Positions 61,156-64,000 of a DNA stretch of 64,000 nt are shown here, piece after piece. The DNA is taken from positions 12,732-76,731 of the forward strand of contig CAYRTH010000002.1 of assembly GCA_964427135.1 (NCBI GenBank), given 5' to 3'. Under the pieces are notes generated by a model. The model saw nothing but the letters and a program-made list of their open reading frames with translations, did not search any database and was not told where the DNA came from. This DNA comes from an uncultured Phycisphaeraceae bacterium (lineage in GTDB: Bacteria; Planctomycetota; Phycisphaerae; Phycisphaerales; Phycisphaeraceae). The position numbers and the translations under genes are program-made. The number at the start of each line of letters is the position of its first letter. The stretch's first letter is position 1.

Positions 61156-62190
61156 ATGAACCCGACTTCGCCCAAAATCAAACCGACGACCCTCAGCCCA
61201 GCCGATGCAGCCGCACTCGATGCGTTGCTACAAGCCTCATCTGCTGCCCCCGCGAACCCTTCCGCCCCAATCACTTCCGCTAGCGACCCGCGCACCGCCC
61301 AGCTTCACCAAATTCTCCAACTGCTCAACGAGCACCCTGTTGAAGCACCTTCCGATGATTTGACGAATCGGGTGCTGATGAAAGTGCAGGAAGAAGAGCA
61401 GCGCATTCAACTGGCGATGCGGATTCAAGCCTTGTCGGCCCCGGCTGTGGCGTTTCGGTGGCGGGAAATGTTTGCCGTGGCTGCGGTATTGCTCATGGGC
61501 TTGTCGGTACTTTGGCCGACGTTGGCCGCCAGCCGTGAGGAAGCGCGTCGCCTGGCGTGTCAGAGCAACCTTGGCGTGACCGGCATGGCCATGGCCCGTT
61601 ACGCAGCCGACCATCAGGGTTTCATGCCCCGCACCGCTTCGATGCCCTCGGCCAGTTGGGCCTCCGTCGGCATGGGTTCAGGCGGCTCGTTTGCCAACAG
61701 CCAGTCATCACAGCGTCCACAAATTTCCAATCCCGCTCAACTGTTTCTGCTGGCTCGTCAGGGTTACATCACACCACAGACCATGTCGTGCCCGGACAAC
61801 CCCAACGCCCCCAAAACCTTTGCCACCGGCGCCATCGATTGGCCCAATGCCCCGGCTGTGTCGTTCAGTTATCAAAATCAATTCACCGCCAAACCGTTAC
61901 GTTTGGATCGTTCCCCAGACATGGCCGTGCTCGCTGACAAAAACCCCTTGTTCGTCGCCACGGCTCACGACCCCCGGCTGGTGGTCTTCCGTGCCGATCT
62001 GCAAACGTCAGCAGCCAGTCCGTTTCATCGTGAACGTGGGCAAAACATTTTGTTTGCCTCCGGCGCCAGCCTGTGGAATCAGCAGCCAACCACCCGCAGC
62101 GGTGACAACATTTGGACCGCCCAGGGCGTGCGTAATTACATCGGAACGGAATCCCCCGCCCACGAAGATGATTCCTTCCTCGTGCCCTGA
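61156..62190 (+). CDS. DUF1559-domain protein with a cytoplasmic N-terminal extension instead of a prepilin leader
   Basis: A TM segment is followed by SREEARRLACQSNLGVTGMAMARYAADHQGFMP, the DUF1559 signature. The C-terminal motif HRERGQNILFASGAS is an H-X9-DG variant. Confidence 0.7.
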   Translation: MNPTSPKIKPTTLSPADAAALDALLQASSAAPANPSAPITSASDPRTAQLHQILQLLNEHPVEAPSDDLTNRVLMKVQEEEQRIQLAMRIQALSAPAVAFRWREMFAVAAVLLMGLSVLWPTLAASREEARRLACQSNLGVTGMAMARYAADHQGFMPRTASMPSASWASVGMGSGGSFANSQSSQRPQISNPAQLFLLARQGYITPQTMSCPDNPNAPKTFATGAIDWPNAPAVSFSYQNQFTAKPLRLDRSPDMAVLADKNPLFVATAHDPRLVVFRADLQTSAASPFHRERGQNILFASGASLWNQQPTTRSGDNIWTAQGVRNYIGTESPAHEDDSFLVP

Positions 62191-62199
62191 CCCTTCATT

Positions 62200-62305
62200 C
62201 ACGCCTGATCTTCATGGTCCCCCATGAAGATCAGGATTCTTTTTTTCAACCTCAACTGTTCACAAAAACCATCCTGAACTTCACGCGACGTGAAGTTCAG
62301 GCGTG
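62200..62305. terminator. Bidirectional terminator: two opposed hairpins with T-tracts between convergent genes
   Basis: CACGCCTGATCTTCA..TGAAGATCAGGAT is followed by TCTTTTTTT. ATCCTGAACTTCA..TGAAGTTCAGGCGTG has GGTTTTTG on the minus strand. Confidence 0.7.
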
Positions 62306-62318
62306 ACGGAAATGTCAT

Positions 62319-63998
62319 TCACACCGCCTGACTGAGTTGTGCATATCCATCACGGCGGAGGTACTGCTCGGCTTCGTCGGCAGGCAGTGGCATGGCAAAG
62401 AAATACCCCTGGCCATGGTCGGCTTCGAGCGTCTGTAATTGCAACAACTGATTGGCGTTTTCCAGTCCCTCGGCCACGACCTTCATGCCCAGGTGATGCG
62501 CCAGGCTCACGATCGCCTGCACCACCGCCGAGTAATCCGTGCGCTGGCCCATCGAGTGAATGAACGCCCGATCGATCTTCAAACCATCAATCGGGAATTG
62601 ATGCAGGCACGACAGCGATGAATACCCGGTGCCAAAGTCATCCATGTAAAGCTGCACATTGAGTTTTTTAAGTTGCTCAAGGGTTTGACGCATCAGCGAC
62701 TGATCTTTCATCATGGCGCTCTCGGTGATCTCCAGCTTCAATCGATCAGCTCGAATGCCCGTGGCTCGTAATATCTGATGCACCGTGGTGCTCAGTTCCG
62801 GGTCGCCGATCTGTTTGACAGACAGGTTGACACTCATGGTCAGCTCGGCTGCCTGGGGCAGTCGCGCACTCCAACGCATCAACTGACGACAAGCTTCGAG
62901 CAACACCCATTTGCCCAGCGGTATGATCAGCCCGGTTTCCTCCGCAATGGGAATGAAATCACTGGGGACGATAAACCCGCGTGTCGGATGTCGCCAGCGA
63001 ACCAGTGCCTCAAACCCGACCGTAAGATGCGATTCCAAATCCATGATCGGCTGATACAACAGCACAAACTCGTTGCGTTCGATGCCCTTGCGCAGATCGT
63101 TTTCCAGCGCCAACCGGGCACGGATCGCCTCGTGCATCTGCTGATCAAACACCTGATACCGAGCCTTGCCCATGCCTTTTGCCCGGTACATGGCGTTGTC
63201 AGCATCACGCAACACTTCTTCGGGATGCGTGTAACCCAGGTCGGAAAGGGCGATGCCCATGCTCACGGTGGTGACGACTTCCTGTCCTTCGAGTTCGACC
63301 GGGGCGGACAGTTCTCGTTGCAGTCGGTCGGCCACGCGAATGGCATCGGTCGTGTCCGAAATGTCTTCCAACAGCACCACAAACTCATCACCCCCAAGAC
63401 GCGCCACGGTGTTCATGTCGGTTTTGCGGGCGATGGTGTCGGTGCCGCGCAGCGTACCGGTGAGTCGCCGGGCCATGGTTTTGAGCAATTCATCACCACA
63501 GGCGTGCCCCAGACTGTCGTTGATGAGTTTGAAGCGATCCAGGTCCAGAAAGATCAGGGCAAAGCGACGCTGCGGATGACGCTGATGGCGACTCAGACAG
63601 CGTTGCAGCCGATCCATGAGCATCAGCCGATTGGGTAAGCCGGTGAGGGCATCGTGATGCGACAGGTGGACCAGCCGTTGTTCCGTGGTTTTGCGTTCGG
63701 TGATGTCGCGCATGATGCCGATGACGTTGGTGAGTTTGCCATGGTCGTCGAAAACGCCCTGGGAATCGAAGGTAGCCCACACCCGGTTGTTGTCACGGGT
63801 ACGAATCTGCAATTCAAGGTTGACACTGCGTCCCGAGACGATGCGTTCCCTGCTGTCTTCCAACAGGGCGGGGTCGATGTCCGGGTCGATGATGGCCTGA
63901 CTGACGCGCTTGCCTCGTACATCGTCGATGGTCATTTGCGTCAGATGGGTGAAGCCATCGTTGATCCATTCAATGCAGTGATTCTCATCGCAGATGAA
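62319..63998 (-). CDS. PAS-GGDEF-EAL signalling protein (N-terminus outside window)
   Basis: Contains RLGGDEFVVLL, the EAL segment GFEALVRWRHP and DDFGTGYSS. The reading frame stays open upstream of the M at 63935 to the window end (…FICDENHCIEWINDGFTHLTQM…). Confidence 0.9.
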   Translation of the reverse strand, partial: FICDENHCIEWINDGFTHLTQMTIDDVRGKRVSQAIIDPDIDPALLEDSRERIVSGRSVNLELQIRTRDNNRVWATFDSQGVFDDHGKLTNVIGIMRDITERKTTEQRLVHLSHHDALTGLPNRLMLMDRLQRCLSRHQRHPQRRFALIFLDLDRFKLINDSLGHACGDELLKTMARRLTGTLRGTDTIARKTDMNTVARLGGDEFVVLLEDISDTTDAIRVADRLQRELSAPVELEGQEVVTTVSMGIALSDLGYTHPEEVLRDADNAMYRAKGMGKARYQVFDQQMHEAIRARLALENDLRKGIERNEFVLLYQPIMDLESHLTVGFEALVRWRHPTRGFIVPSDFIPIAEETGLIIPLGKWVLLEACRQLMRWSARLPQAAELTMSVNLSVKQIGDPELSTTVHQILRATGIRADRLKLEITESAMMKDQSLMRQTLEQLKKLNVQLYMDDFGTGYSSLSCLHQFPIDGLKIDRAFIHSMGQRTDYSAVVQAIVSLAHHLGMKVVAEGLENANQLLQLQTLEADHGQGYFFAMPLPADEAEQYLRRDGYAQLSQAV

Positions 63999-64000
63999 TA

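Overview
High-GC bacterial chromosomal segment, most likely Planctomycetota. This is an inference from a DUF1559/H-X9-DG-type protein, many TPR/HEAT lipoproteins and a fused E1 alpha-beta dehydrogenase. Positions 1-17815 form one co-oriented block: a TonB2-type energy module (DUF3450 tail, long TtpC-like MotA/ExbB, ExbB, ExbD, TonB, TPR protein), followed after a 78-nt gap by a full type II secretion cluster (gspD-E-F-G-H-I-J-K, a GspC/PilP-like gene, gspL, gspM, and a TPR lipoprotein that may be a pilotin). The rest is mostly housekeeping: trmB, aroF plus an ACT-domain protein, mutM, guaA, aroB, gatCA, an OlsF-like lipid synthase, a carboxyltransferase and a radical SAM protein. It also holds a DeoR-linked catabolic island: fused E1ab, E2, E3, an unknown HxH protein, a RhaEW-like aldolase/SDR, a long MDR dehydrogenase and an untracked 57-aa ferredoxin. 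The window ends in a DUF1559 protein and a partial PAS-GGDEF-EAL gene. Two signals stand out beyond the gene list. (1) An aromatic-codon-rich leader ORF plus an intrinsic terminator lies in the aroF (DAHP synthase) leader, a candidate Phe/Tyr/Trp attenuator. (2) Almost every intergenic spacer is filled with hairpin, REP-like and MITE-like repeat families and with 'tandem-word' inverted-repeat mosaics. Some of these repeats are inserted in frame into guaA and into both E2 linkers, some supply stop codons, and some sit inside operons. No transposase, CRISPR array, tRNA or rRNA was seen. Coordinates were counted by hand and may be off by 1-3 nt. All homology statements come from motif recognition, not database searches.
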